Shown here piece after piece: positions 8,808 through 17,739 of a DNA stretch of 53,217 nt. Position 1 is the stretch's first letter. Each line of letters begins with the position of its first letter. The notes below the pieces were generated by a model, which was given only the letters and a program-made list of their open reading frames with translations, was not told the origin of the DNA and ran no database searches. The DNA is taken from contig JALRLN010000002.1 of NCBI GenBank assembly GCA_023254445.1, positions 1-53,217 of the forward strand, given 5' to 3'. The position numbers and the translations under genes were made by a program. The DNA is from Candidatus Poseidoniaceae archaeon. GTDB taxonomy: Archaea > Thermoplasmatota > Poseidoniia > Poseidoniales > Poseidoniaceae.

Positions 8808-10142
8808 TCAGGCCACTCCTGTGGTCCACGACGCCGTGGCAATCAGTCGCCCTAAGACGTCGCGAACCGAACCTCGGGGAACGAGGAGCCGGACGCGAAG
8901 GGCTTCAGCATCGATCGGCTCAGCCCCCGTTGCACCTTCAAGCACCCCTGCTGCCTCTTCCGGGTCGCTCCACGAACCCAGCACGGTGATGAGGGCGGAC
9001 GCCTCCCCCACATCAACAACCGACGAGCCCGAAGCGTGGACCACGTCGGTCGCCTCGTCAAGCCGAGGAGCATCGAGGATGAGGCGCGCTCCGTCCGGCC
9101 ACTGGGTTGAGGCGTGAACGCCGATGCCCTTCGCGGCAAGGAGGCTCAACACCTTCGCCGTGGAGGCGCCTGGTGTGATGGCCGGTGGGTGCCTGATCTG
9201 CACGGTGCGCACGTCGAGGGTGCAGGACGCAGCAATGGGGCCTTGGTTTGCATGCACCCCGGGCCCGATCAGCGTTCCGGGAGGACCCCGTGTATCGTCG
9301 TGCAGCCGACGGACTTCGATCGGAATTCCCTCCATGATGCACGGTCCGACCGTGGCCGGATGAAGCACGGTGGCGTCCATGGTGGCCGCCATTTGGGCGT
9401 GTTCGTACGTGAGGTAGGGGATGGGGGCCGTCTCCAGTCCCCAACGTGGATTGATCGGATGGATGCCCTCGACGTCCTTCCACAGAATGACGCGGCGGGC
9501 GCGAAGGAGATGCGCGACGGCCGTTGCGGTGTGGTCTGACCCTCCTCGTCCGAGCAAGGCCAAGTCTCCGTCGTCGCCTGAACCGAGCCAGCCTGTGATC
9601 ACCGGCGTGCCGTGCAAGGCTGAGCGGTCGAACCTGGACTCGCTTTCGGCCAAGTCCACCGAGTCCGCTTCACCGCGGCCGTTCAGAACGAGCCCAATGT
9701 CCTCCGCACCGACAGCATGAGCGTCAAGGCCACATCGACGGAGATGATGCGCCACAACGAGGGCGGACAAGCGTTCGCCTGTGGCCAACAGTTGGGTGCG
9801 GGAGCGTTGGTCGGAGGGGTCGGCTCGGCGGGCTTCAAGCGCAATCCCCATTGAGGCGAGGACGCGCTCAAACCGAGCACCGTCCCTCCCTGAGGAGAGG
9901 CGGGGCGCGAACATGAGGTGATGGGCCCTCAAATCTGCCACGAGCCGGTCGGCATACGCGGGGTCGTCCACAGCCCGGAGCAAACGATCTGTCGTGCCCC
10001 ACAATGCGGACACCACAAGGGCGTTTCGACCGTCCGATTCCGACACGCGATCGGCCAGCCGATCGAGGTCGGGGGCGCCTCGAAGGACCGAGCCCCCGAA
10101 CTTGTGCACCGTCCATTCGTCAGCCATGCAGGTGCCCCCCAC
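8808..10142 (-). CDS. Aspartate kinase
   Basis: Motifs HKFGGSVL, VVSALWGTTDRL and GRGGSDHTA, with a C-terminal ACT-like region. The start (10142, or Met6 at 10127) overlaps the aroC stop. Confidence 0.85.
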   Translation of the reverse strand: MGGTCMADEWTVHKFGGSVLRGAPDLDRLADRVSESDGRNALVVSALWGTTDRLLRAVDDPAYADRLVADLRAHHLMFAPRLSSGRDGARFERVLASMGIALEARRADPSDQRSRTQLLATGERLSALVVAHHLRRCGLDAHAVGAEDIGLVLNGRGEADSVDLAESESRFDRSALHGTPVITGWLGSGDDGDLALLGRGGSDHTATAVAHLLRARRVILWKDVEGIHPINPRWGLETAPIPYLTYEHAQMAATMDATVLHPATVGPCIMEGIPIEVRRLHDDTRGPPGTLIGPGVHANQGPIAASCTLDVRTVQIRHPPAITPGASTAKVLSLLAAKGIGVHASTQWPDGARLILDAPRLDEATDVVHASGSSVVDVGEASALITVLGSWSDPEEAAGVLEGATGAEPIDAEALRVRLLVPRGSVRDVLGRLIATASWTTGVA

Positions 10143-11190
10143 GCGCCGCGAGGTCGGTCAGCACAAGCACCGCCATGGCTTCGACCACGGCCACCCCACG
10201 TGGGGCCAATACCGGGTCATGGCGGCCCTTGACGGTGACATCAACCTCTTCTGAGGTCTGCAGGTCGATGGTCGGTTGCGGACGCGGGATGCTTGATGGT
10301 GGCTTGAGCGTCACACGAAGCACAAGGTCTGCCCCGGAGGCCAGGCCGCCGAGTGCGCCTTCACCAACCTCAGACTGGAGTGTGGGCCCGTTGGGGCCTT
10401 GACGCCATGCGCCGTGGTGCTCCGAACCGAGCATGCGCAACGCCCGTACGCCTTGTCCGACCTCGATGGCACGGGCTCCTGGCACCGCCATCAAGGCTCG
10501 CGCAAGGGCGGGTTCGACGCCGTCGAACCATGGCTCCCCGAGGCCCATTGGGAGTCCGGACACAACGAGGTCCACGCGGGAACCGATGCTGTTTCGGTCG
10601 CTTCGTGTCGCTTCGACCAAGGCGCGCATCGCCTCGACCACTCCGCCGTCCTGGCATCGCAGGTCAACGTCCGCGAACGGGGCGCCATGCGTAGGGAGCA
10701 TGGCTTCGATGGTGCCGATGGCCCCGAGGTGAGCGGTGAGCTTCACTCCGAGGTTGTCCAGCAACGGACGCATTATCGCGGCTGCAGCGACAAGCGGCGC
10801 CGTGAGCCGAGCCGAGGATGAGCCCCCGCCGCGAAGGTCGGCGTGCCCTTCCGTGCGCTCCTGCATCGGGAGGTCCTGGTGCGCGGGACGCGGACGGTTC
10901 GGCAGGAAACTGTAGTCGCTGCTGCGCGCGTCGTTGTTCATGATCTCAAGGACAAGCGGCTGACCCGTGGTTCGTCCGTTGTGAACGCCTGAACGAAGGA
11001 TCACGTCGTCGGTTTCCTTTCGCGTGCTCGTCAATGGCCCTCCCGTTCGGCGAAGGGCCAAGGCAGCAGCCATCGTTTCTTGGTCCACCTCAAGGCCGGC
11101 AGGAAGTCCCTCGACGATGGCCCCAACGCTTGGTCCGTGGCTTGTGCCAAACAGGGTGGTTGAGACCACCTCTCCCAGACGCATCCGCAT
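10120..11190 (-). CDS. aroC: Chorismate synthase
   Basis: N-terminus LFGTSHGPSVGAIVEGLPAGLEVD and full-length family resemblance. Confidence 0.92.
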   Translation of the reverse strand: MRMRLGEVVSTTLFGTSHGPSVGAIVEGLPAGLEVDQETMAAALALRRTGGPLTSTRKETDDVILRSGVHNGRTTGQPLVLEIMNNDARSSDYSFLPNRPRPAHQDLPMQERTEGHADLRGGGSSSARLTAPLVAAAAIMRPLLDNLGVKLTAHLGAIGTIEAMLPTHGAPFADVDLRCQDGGVVEAMRALVEATRSDRNSIGSRVDLVVSGLPMGLGEPWFDGVEPALARALMAVPGARAIEVGQGVRALRMLGSEHHGAWRQGPNGPTLQSEVGEGALGGLASGADLVLRVTLKPPSSIPRPQPTIDLQTSEEVDVTVKGRHDPVLAPRGVAVVEAMAVLVLTDLAARGGHLHG

Positions 11191-11250
11191 GGTGGCTCGC
11201 CCATCCCTCGCCGGTGGTTGGCTTCAACCGTTGCCCTTGGCCTTGCTTGC

Positions 11251-12108
11251 TCAACCAACGAACGTTGTCCGAAGGAGGGTCCGACCTGCCGCTTGGGCCG
11301 CGAACCGGGACTCAAGACGACGAACGGACGCTTCGGCGGCGCTCGGAAAAACAAACACGATCGCGGGACCGGAGCCCGAGATGCCCGCCGCTCGCGCGCC
11401 GCTGACAAAGGCATCGTTGGCAAACCGTCGTCCTTCTGCATCGTTTGTGACGCCAGCCATCGCCCTGCCGTTCATTGTGAGCGCGACCAACAGTTGCCCT
11501 TCCTGAACCGCAGTGAGCGCTTGTTGAAACAACGGTGTTTGCGCATGGAAGTGGTCAGGCTCTGGATGTTGGCGTCGTGGCGTGCCCGTGAGGACGAGAA
11601 CCGTCCAGTCCTCTGGGTCGGGGCCAGGTCCTTCCATGAGGACCCGGTTTTTCGGATGGTCCGCCCCCGCGTCCACAAGTTTCCAACCCGGTGCAGCAGC
11701 AGCCCATGCGTCATCGAAGGCCCCGGTGAGGGAGGTGCCTGCCTCCATTTGTGCGATGGCCGCAAGTTCGACGATATCCGCATCCTCGAGGTGAACCTTC
11801 GTGCTTGCACAGAGGGCACGAAGGGCCGCGACAGCCACGGCTGCGGAGGATTTGAGCCCTTGAGCAGCGGGGATCGATGAACGAACCGCCCAATGCAGGT
11901 CGTCGGGGAGGGGATGGGACGCGCCCGTCCATGCTTCAACGACCGCGTTCAGCAGGCCGTGGGGATCGTCGGGACGTGTTTTCAGTGGCCTGTCGTGGAC
12001 GCGAACCGTCACGGGCAGGTCCAGCCCGAGGCTGACGCCGTAGCCAAGCCCGGCAGCATGAAGGAGGCTGCAGCCTCCGTTCGCGCGTCCTTCTCCGAGC
12101 ATCGGCAT
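11251..12108 (-). CDS. Archaeal GHMP-family shikimate kinase
   Basis: GHMP motif IPAAQGLKSSAAVAVA. Size (285 aa) and position between aroB' and aroC fit. Confidence 0.8.
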   Translation of the reverse strand: MPMLGEGRANGGCSLLHAAGLGYGVSLGLDLPVTVRVHDRPLKTRPDDPHGLLNAVVEAWTGASHPLPDDLHWAVRSSIPAAQGLKSSAAVAVAALRALCASTKVHLEDADIVELAAIAQMEAGTSLTGAFDDAWAAAAPGWKLVDAGADHPKNRVLMEGPGPDPEDWTVLVLTGTPRRQHPEPDHFHAQTPLFQQALTAVQEGQLLVALTMNGRAMAGVTNDAEGRRFANDAFVSGARAAGISGSGPAIVFVFPSAAEASVRRLESRFAAQAAGRTLLRTTFVG

Positions 12109-12115
12109 GCGGTGG

Positions 12116-13123
12116 TCACTCCTTCACCTCCGAAGCGATGTGCTTCCCGAGGTGGCGCGCTCCACCACCGGACCACACGACAAGACGGTCGTTGCTCTGC
12201 AGTGTGGTGATGGAATGCGCATGTCCCTGGGAGTCCACCGCGCGGACGGTTTCTGCGTTTTGCAATAACGCATGGCCCTCTTGACCCTTGCCATCCCTGT
12301 ATCGCAGCAGCAGCAAAGGCCGCCGTTCCACCTTCACGCGTCCAACGGTGAGGTGCCGTGTCCCTCCGAGCCTGTTCGCGATGAGCACCTCGTCGCCGGG
12401 GTGCAATTCGCTGAGGTAGCGGGTGCTTCCGTCAGGCATGAGGACGTAGTGGTGAACGGCCCCTGCGTTCACACGAAAGGGTCGCGTTGGAACGAAGGAC
12501 GAAGGCACCGTTTCGCCGTGAACAAGCAGCAGCGGGCACGCCGCGCTCCCCACGAGCATGCCTTCTCCCGGCTCAAGGAGGCCAGCCAAATCCACGCAAG
12601 CCCGTTCACCGGGCTCGACGCTGACCGTCTCCAAGACCACCGCTTCGCCCATCGGCATCTCAGACACTGTTGGGTCCCGGGCCGCAGGGGCGGTATCGAC
12701 GCCTCGTGCGGCCTTCATGGCAAGCGCGGCGTCGAGCATGTTCTGTTCAGGCCGTACGGCGACGGCATCGACACCGGTTTGCAAAGCAAAGGCTGCACCC
12801 GCAACTTCTGCTTCTGTGCGAACCAGCGCCGCGATTTGTGTGGGGCTGCCCTGAGCGGCCGCGACGAGGTTTTCGACGGGGATCATCGACCAATGTTCGA
12901 AGGACAGCAAGACCCACGGCGCAAGCCCAACGTGCGACAACGCCGTGGTTTGATCCTCGTCGGAGCGCACGTGAACGTGCACGACGTCCGGCGAGCCACG
13001 CCACGGTTCGACCGTTGGGAGCGGGGACTCAGGGGCCTGCGGAGCATCGGGTGTCAACCGCAGCCAACGGTCCACCTCAAGCGGGGGGGGTGGACCCTCG
13101 GTCGTGCACCAGACTTCCATCAT
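12116..13123 (-). CDS. aroB': 3-dehydroquinate synthase II (archaeal type)
   Basis: The body matches DHQS-II (WSMIPVENLVAA, ALQTGVDAVAV). The Met-Met at 13123 overlaps the upstream TGA by 1 nt (TGATGATG). The 39-aa R/P-rich extension in the listed ORF is judged non-coding. Confidence 0.8.
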   Translation of the reverse strand: MMEVWCTTEGPPPPLEVDRWLRLTPDAPQAPESPLPTVEPWRGSPDVVHVHVRSDEDQTTALSHVGLAPWVLLSFEHWSMIPVENLVAAAQGSPTQIAALVRTEAEVAGAAFALQTGVDAVAVRPEQNMLDAALAMKAARGVDTAPAARDPTVSEMPMGEAVVLETVSVEPGERACVDLAGLLEPGEGMLVGSAACPLLLVHGETVPSSFVPTRPFRVNAGAVHHYVLMPDGSTRYLSELHPGDEVLIANRLGGTRHLTVGRVKVERRPLLLLRYRDGKGQEGHALLQNAETVRAVDSQGHAHSITTLQSNDRLVVWSGGGARHLGKHIASEVKE

Positions 13124-13923
13124 CAACCCTCGAGATGCTGCATCGCTTCCACCACGTTCGCCTCGTGGTGCACGATGGACGCGATGGCACGGACGATGCG
13201 GTCGGGGTGCGGGTGTGCGAAGATTTGCCGGCCCATGCAAACGCCGGATGCACCGCAGCGCATCGCGCGGTGGACCATCGTAAGGAGGGCTTCATCGTCG
13301 TCGGTTCGTGGGCCACCCGCAACAAGCACCGGAATTGGTGCTGCATCGACAACGGTGCGGAAGGATGCCTCGTCCCCTGTCCACGCGGCCTTCGCCACAG
13401 CGCAGCCAAGCTCGAAGGCAAGCCGCACACCATGCGCCTGCCCACCACTTGCATCGCCATCCATCACGTTGAGGTGTTCCCCACGCGCGTACACCATGCC
13501 AAGGGTCGGGACGTCGTTCGTGAACGCGTCACGCGTCACCGCCCCGAGCCGCTCGATCATTCGACCCTCGCCGGGAGTGCCGATGTTCACCTGAGCGCTC
13601 ACGCCGGTTGCCCCGCGGGCGATGGCCTCCGCAACGTCGCCGACGCTGACCTTTTCGCCTGCATCGGGGCCGCCGTGCCGCGTGGACACGGAGAGGTGAG
13701 CCACGAGGCCAACACCGATCTGCGGGTCGTGATGAAGGACATGGCTGATCAGGCCTTTCTGAGCGACGATGGCGTCTGCCCCTCCGTCGCGCAGCAAGCG
13801 AACGAGTTCCAAAGGATGCTCGAGGCCCGCCACCGGCCAATCGGATGCGCCATGGTCGATGGGCACCCAGACGCCACGGCCTCCGGGCATGAGTCTGCTC
13901 AGACGCTGCGCGTGCAGGTCCAT
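13123..13923 (-). CDS. aroA': 2-amino-3,7-dideoxy-D-threo-hept-6-ulosonate (ADH) synthase, DhnA-type class I aldolase
   Basis: VWVPIDHGASDWPVAGL and GADAIVAQKGLI are typical of DhnA aldolases. The Met at 13923 (MDLHAQRLSRL) is the likely start. Confidence 0.8.
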   Translation of the reverse strand: MDLHAQRLSRLMPGGRGVWVPIDHGASDWPVAGLEHPLELVRLLRDGGADAIVAQKGLISHVLHHDPQIGVGLVAHLSVSTRHGGPDAGEKVSVGDVAEAIARGATGVSAQVNIGTPGEGRMIERLGAVTRDAFTNDVPTLGMVYARGEHLNVMDGDASGGQAHGVRLAFELGCAVAKAAWTGDEASFRTVVDAAPIPVLVAGGPRTDDDEALLTMVHRAMRCGASGVCMGRQIFAHPHPDRIVRAIASIVHHEANVVEAMQHLEG

Positions 13924-14009
13924 GGTCCGGGCTGATGGTTCGTTGACGTGAAGGCTTCGCCGCCGCCTTGCACCGATACGGTCATGACCGACCATGCCGT
14001 GGCTCCACC

Positions 14010-15290
14010 ATGGCCGTCCTCGGCATGGCGCTCTCGGGCGTGCTTGGTGGCGCGTTCGCGTTTGGGGTTCTCCGCCTCATGCTTCGTCGCGACAGCCGCA
14101 TCGATCTCCGCCAGGGTCTCGTCGCCGACGGCCTCGGTGCAAGGTCTGCTGGCGCTGACTTCTCCACACCCCGCGCCGAATTTGACCGGCAGTTGGCCAT
14201 CATTCAGGGTCAACGCAGGCGCGTCGAGGCGGACCAACTCCGTGACCGGGCGCGCCACGCCGACCTCCTTCGTCGGGAAGAAGAAGCCCGACGGAAGGAG
14301 GACGAGGCACGCCGCCGAATGGAAGAGGCGGAAGCGCGCCGCGCGGAGGAAGAACGCCTGCGCCGGGAGGCCGACGAAGAAGCCGCACGCATCGCCGCAC
14401 GGGAGGCCGAGGAGGCCCGACTTGCCGAAGAGCGCGAAGCGGCTCGTCAAGCAGAGTTGCTCGCCATCGAAGAACAACGGCAGGCCGAGGTCGAAGCCGC
14501 TCGGGAACAAGCCGAGATGGAGGCGAGGGCCGCCGCCGAGCGCTCCGCCGCAGAACTTCGGGCCCGGCTTGACCGTGAAGGTGCATCCTCATCCGACGTG
14601 CAGATCTCGCTGATGTGGAACAACTTCAACGACCTCGACCTGCACGTCGTGTGCCCGTCGGGTGAGCGGATCCACGGTGGCAACAAGGAATCGGCCTGCG
14701 GTGGCGTGCTCGACGTCGATGCGAACGTCAAACCGGACTCCCGCCGCCCCGTCGAAAACTGCGTGTGGCCCGACGGCGTGGCTCCTGGTGGCGTGTACCA
14801 GGTCTACGTCCACCATTACAAGAAGCACGCCAAGCGCCGTTCAAAGGACCCAACGAAGTTTTCGATCATCGTCAACGCCGGTGGCGACCCCCGCGAATAT
14901 TCGGGCGAACTCAGCGCTGGTGACCCGATCCTGAAGGTCTGTGAGTTTAGCGTGGACCCGCCCGAGGTCAGGGCTGCGAAGCGTGCAGAACTCGAAGCGC
15001 AGTTGGCGGCGACCACCGAGGCCCTCGCGACCGGTGATTTCCACCTTGATGAAGAAGAAGCGCCTGAGGAGGACGTGGAGGAAGAACCCGTCCTTGAGGA
15101 GGCGGCGGACGTGGTGAACGACGACGAGCCGATGGCCGAAGACGTCGACGAGTTGCCTGCCGCCCCAGATCTCGACGAATTGACGGCTTCGGAACCCGAG
15201 GCGGCGCCGACGCCACGTCGGAGCATGGCCGATAGGTACGGCCCTGAGCCGACCGAAGACGAAGCGTCTCAGATGGATCGGAAGTTCTGA
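14010..15290 (+). CDS. N-terminally membrane-anchored coiled-coil protein with DLDLHV-type (DUF2135/YfaP-like) domain and acidic tail
   Basis: First in-frame ATG is at 14010. TM MAVLGMALSGVLGGAFAFGVLRLML is followed by RRDSR. An E/R/A-rich heptad-like region of about 118 aa spans 14220-14573. It is followed by SLMWNNFNDLDLHVVCPSGERIHGG...GGVLDVDANV...PGGVYQVYVHHY. Confidence 0.6.
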   Translation: MAVLGMALSGVLGGAFAFGVLRLMLRRDSRIDLRQGLVADGLGARSAGADFSTPRAEFDRQLAIIQGQRRRVEADQLRDRARHADLLRREEEARRKEDEARRRMEEAEARRAEEERLRREADEEAARIAAREAEEARLAEEREAARQAELLAIEEQRQAEVEAAREQAEMEARAAAERSAAELRARLDREGASSSDVQISLMWNNFNDLDLHVVCPSGERIHGGNKESACGGVLDVDANVKPDSRRPVENCVWPDGVAPGGVYQVYVHHYKKHAKRRSKDPTKFSIIVNAGGDPREYSGELSAGDPILKVCEFSVDPPEVRAAKRAELEAQLAATTEALATGDFHLDEEEAPEEDVEEEPVLEEAADVVNDDEPMAEDVDELPAAPDLDELTASEPEAAPTPRRSMADRYGPEPTEDEASQMDRKF

Positions 15291-15323
15291 GCCTGCTCTT
15301 GCGGTGAATCAATGGAAGAACCG

Positions 15324-15331
15324 CTATAAGA
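15324..15331 (+). promoter_or_regulatory. TATA-box candidate (CTATAAGA) for the 15375/15589 gene pair
   Basis: It is the only AT-rich octamer in the 84-nt spacer and has a purine-rich GGAAGAA just upstream (BRE-like). Its position predicts a TSS near 15354, giving a ~20-nt leader that carries AAGGAGG (15361-15367). Confidence 0.3.
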
Positions 15332-15374
15332 GGGCGTTCCGACCACACCTCGGGTCTGACAAGGAGGTACGCGC

Positions 15375-15587
15375 ATGAAGGTCTTTCCACTGCTCGTTTT
15401 TGTGCTGGGTCTGGTGTTTACCGTCTTTGGCACAGGATTTGCGCACGAGGGGAACGATGTTGACGTCCTTCAATTGCTCCTTGGCTTGCTGCAGACGGTG
15501 ATGGCCGCTGCAGTGCTCGGATGGATCCCGATGCCAACCCGTTCGGCTCCCGAGGCTGAAAACGAGGACTTGCGAAACAAGCACTGA
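15375..15587 (+). CDS. Small (70 aa) membrane protein with two hydrophobic helices
   Basis: Strong SD AAGGAGG lies 7 nt upstream of the ATG. Helices: FPLLVFVLGLVFTVFGTGFA (possibly a signal peptide) and LLLGLLQTVMAAAVLGWI. Its stop lies 1 nt before the next start. Confidence 0.55.
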   Translation: MKVFPLLVFVLGLVFTVFGTGFAHEGNDVDVLQLLLGLLQTVMAAAVLGWIPMPTRSAPEAENEDLRNKH

Positions 15588-15588
15588 T

Positions 15589-17670
15589 GTGATGACCATG
15601 TGGGAACACCGAACGATCTCCGATCAACACTTGCAGGAGCACCGGCGCGTGCAGCCGATGGAGTCCTACGTGGACTTGACCCAGCAGATCACCAAGACCA
15701 TGGAGGCGGCGGAAGCCCACATTTTCGACCACGAGGACTTCCTCCGCTACATTCCTCAGGAAGGCCCCTGGGCTCCACAAATGGACTCGGACATGACCAA
15801 GGCCGACCCCCGCACCCGTTACATCGGAAAGGGCCGTGCAACGCTGCTCAACACCAACATCATCCTTGGTTCCAGTTGGATCGAGGCCGAGCGTTTCCGC
15901 TTTGAGCGTGACCTCAAGACAACGGCTGACTGGATGAAGCAGAAGACCGTGATGAACGCCAACATGTGGACCCCAAGCACGGTTGCCACCACGCAGACCT
16001 TCGTGTTCTGCTCCACGGGCGACGAATCGAGGATGGGTGGCGCGTACTCTGTCCGTGGCCCGCAGGATTTCGACCTTCCCCCCGAGGACCACCTTCTCTT
16101 TGAACCGACCAAGGACGGCTGGCCTGAGTGGGATCCTGTGCTCTGGGGCCTCGGTCACCGCGGCGTTGTGCCCGGCTCGGACCCGGCGGAACGGGTGTTC
16201 TATCCCTCGTTGATGCACCGCAACGTGACCTACAACAACAAACTCGGATGGGTTCGTTTCTCGCCCGCTGGATTCGGGAAGGACGCCAACGGCTACATGC
16301 TCACCCGTCCGTTTGATTGGATCTGGCCCGCTGTCAACGGAAGCCGTGACACGCCGACCTCGTTCAACCTCCTTGTGAACATGCCCGACCGCAGGCAATC
16401 CTTCGGTGAGGAGGGCATCACGGACATCTTCCTGACCTCCGGAAAGACATCGCTGTACACCCTGATGGGCATGATGTCCTCGCCGGTCGTTCGACAGATG
16501 TTTGGCTCCGGTTCCGACCTTGTTCCGCTTGAAATGCACATGGTGGAGCCGGGCCTCGACGAGTGGGCACAACGCGCAAGCGATGAAGACCGCTACGGCC
16601 GCATTTTCGAGTACTGTGCGACGCTGGGTTACCTGCTCACGGACCCCGCCATCGGGAACCTTGGCGAGGGCCGTCAACGCCGCCGCCTGCTCATTTACCC
16701 TCAGGACCAGTCGAACCTCCTCGCCTGCGTCAGCGCCTCCCAGGTGGCCGACCATGCGGTGAAGGTCAACTACGGCTCCACGGTGTTTACCAAGTTGGAC
16801 CAGGCGGACTTTGAGAACCGCATGTCGCGCCGGATCAGCGCGTATGCCGACGAGATCACGCCGAGCGCCACGGCACGCGGCATGCGATGGATCTCCGGTG
16901 CAGAATACGACGCCGGTGACGGCAACGGCAAGAAGAAGCAAATGGGACCAGTGGTCCACTCCTTGCTGGCCGTTCGTGGCTACGAACTGCTCTCGCTCGA
17001 CGAGTACCAGGCCACGTTCAACGAGGTCAGTGAAGCGCCCCGGCGGCTCATGACGCGCATCATCCAGTCCATCGCCATGAACGCGATGAAGACCGTCTTT
17101 CCCCTTGACCTCATGGGCGGTCCCGGTCCTGAAGGTTCCTCCGCTCCCTACGCGGGACTGTTTTCCGTGCTCGGGCGGGACCAGCCGCTCGTCTACTACA
17201 CCGACATCCGCTTCTTGGTCCCCAACAGCATCGACCAACTCCGTTTGCTCACGGGCCAGCGCGGTGCCGACCGGTCCCGGATGCGCGACGCGTTCACCGA
17301 ATTGACCGGCGCTGACCCCGTCACTGGGTTGTCCATCCTCGACCTGTGCCTTCCCTTCGCTGGGGACATGGGCGAAGGCACCTGGCAAACTGGAACCGGC
17401 ATCCGTGCGGACGAGGTCATCGTCGAAGTGACCTGTGCGGTCAACCCGAACGAAGTGTGGAAGGCCCTCTTGGACTACACGTGCAACGACACCTTCACCA
17501 CCGTCAAGGGCAACAAGGGCACGGCCGCAAACGTCTGGGGCGACCCGCTGATCGCCAACGAGCAACTCCACAACCGCTTCCAGAAGGACGGGTTGGACCA
17601 CTGGCTCCGCTTGCTGAAGATGACCTACCACTACGCAAACCAGCGGTCTCGTAAGGTGAACAACCTCTGA
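15589..17670 (+). CDS. 693-aa soluble Trp-rich protein, no recognisable family
   Basis: Long ORF starting at GTGATGACCATG immediately after the upstream TGA. Its amino-acid composition is unlike the R/G/P-rich antisense ORF 15418-17721. No TM segment, P-loop or metal motif recognised. Confidence 0.7.
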   Translation: MMTMWEHRTISDQHLQEHRRVQPMESYVDLTQQITKTMEAAEAHIFDHEDFLRYIPQEGPWAPQMDSDMTKADPRTRYIGKGRATLLNTNIILGSSWIEAERFRFERDLKTTADWMKQKTVMNANMWTPSTVATTQTFVFCSTGDESRMGGAYSVRGPQDFDLPPEDHLLFEPTKDGWPEWDPVLWGLGHRGVVPGSDPAERVFYPSLMHRNVTYNNKLGWVRFSPAGFGKDANGYMLTRPFDWIWPAVNGSRDTPTSFNLLVNMPDRRQSFGEEGITDIFLTSGKTSLYTLMGMMSSPVVRQMFGSGSDLVPLEMHMVEPGLDEWAQRASDEDRYGRIFEYCATLGYLLTDPAIGNLGEGRQRRRLLIYPQDQSNLLACVSASQVADHAVKVNYGSTVFTKLDQADFENRMSRRISAYADEITPSATARGMRWISGAEYDAGDGNGKKKQMGPVVHSLLAVRGYELLSLDEYQATFNEVSEAPRRLMTRIIQSIAMNAMKTVFPLDLMGGPGPEGSSAPYAGLFSVLGRDQPLVYYTDIRFLVPNSIDQLRLLTGQRGADRSRMRDAFTELTGADPVTGLSILDLCLPFAGDMGEGTWQTGTGIRADEVIVEVTCAVNPNEVWKALLDYTCNDTFTTVKGNKGTAANVWGDPLIANEQLHNRFQKDGLDHWLRLLKMTYHYANQRSRKVNNL

Positions 17671-17678
17671 GGCCCCTA

Positions 17679-17697
17679 ACGACGTTGTAATCGTCGT
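17679..17697. terminator. Hairpin ACGACG-TTGTAAT-CGTCGT between convergent genes
   Basis: 6-bp stem and 7-nt loop, followed by CTT, located 9 nt after the stop at 17670 and 43 nt from the purP stop. Weak; function not established. Confidence 0.2.
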
Positions 17698-17739
17698 CTT
17701 GCTCGGTCTGCCCTTCGCCACACCGTTGGGTGGACGTCT

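Noticed and set aside
13124-13240. N-terminal extensions of listed ORFs for aroB' (to 13240), aroA' (to 13995), purP (to 19062), nadB (to 44457) and smc (from 45189)
   Set aside because: The extensions are R/P/H-rich and would overlap upstream or divergent genes. They are not needed for family-length proteins. Internal starts with stop/start coupling or SD motifs fit better.
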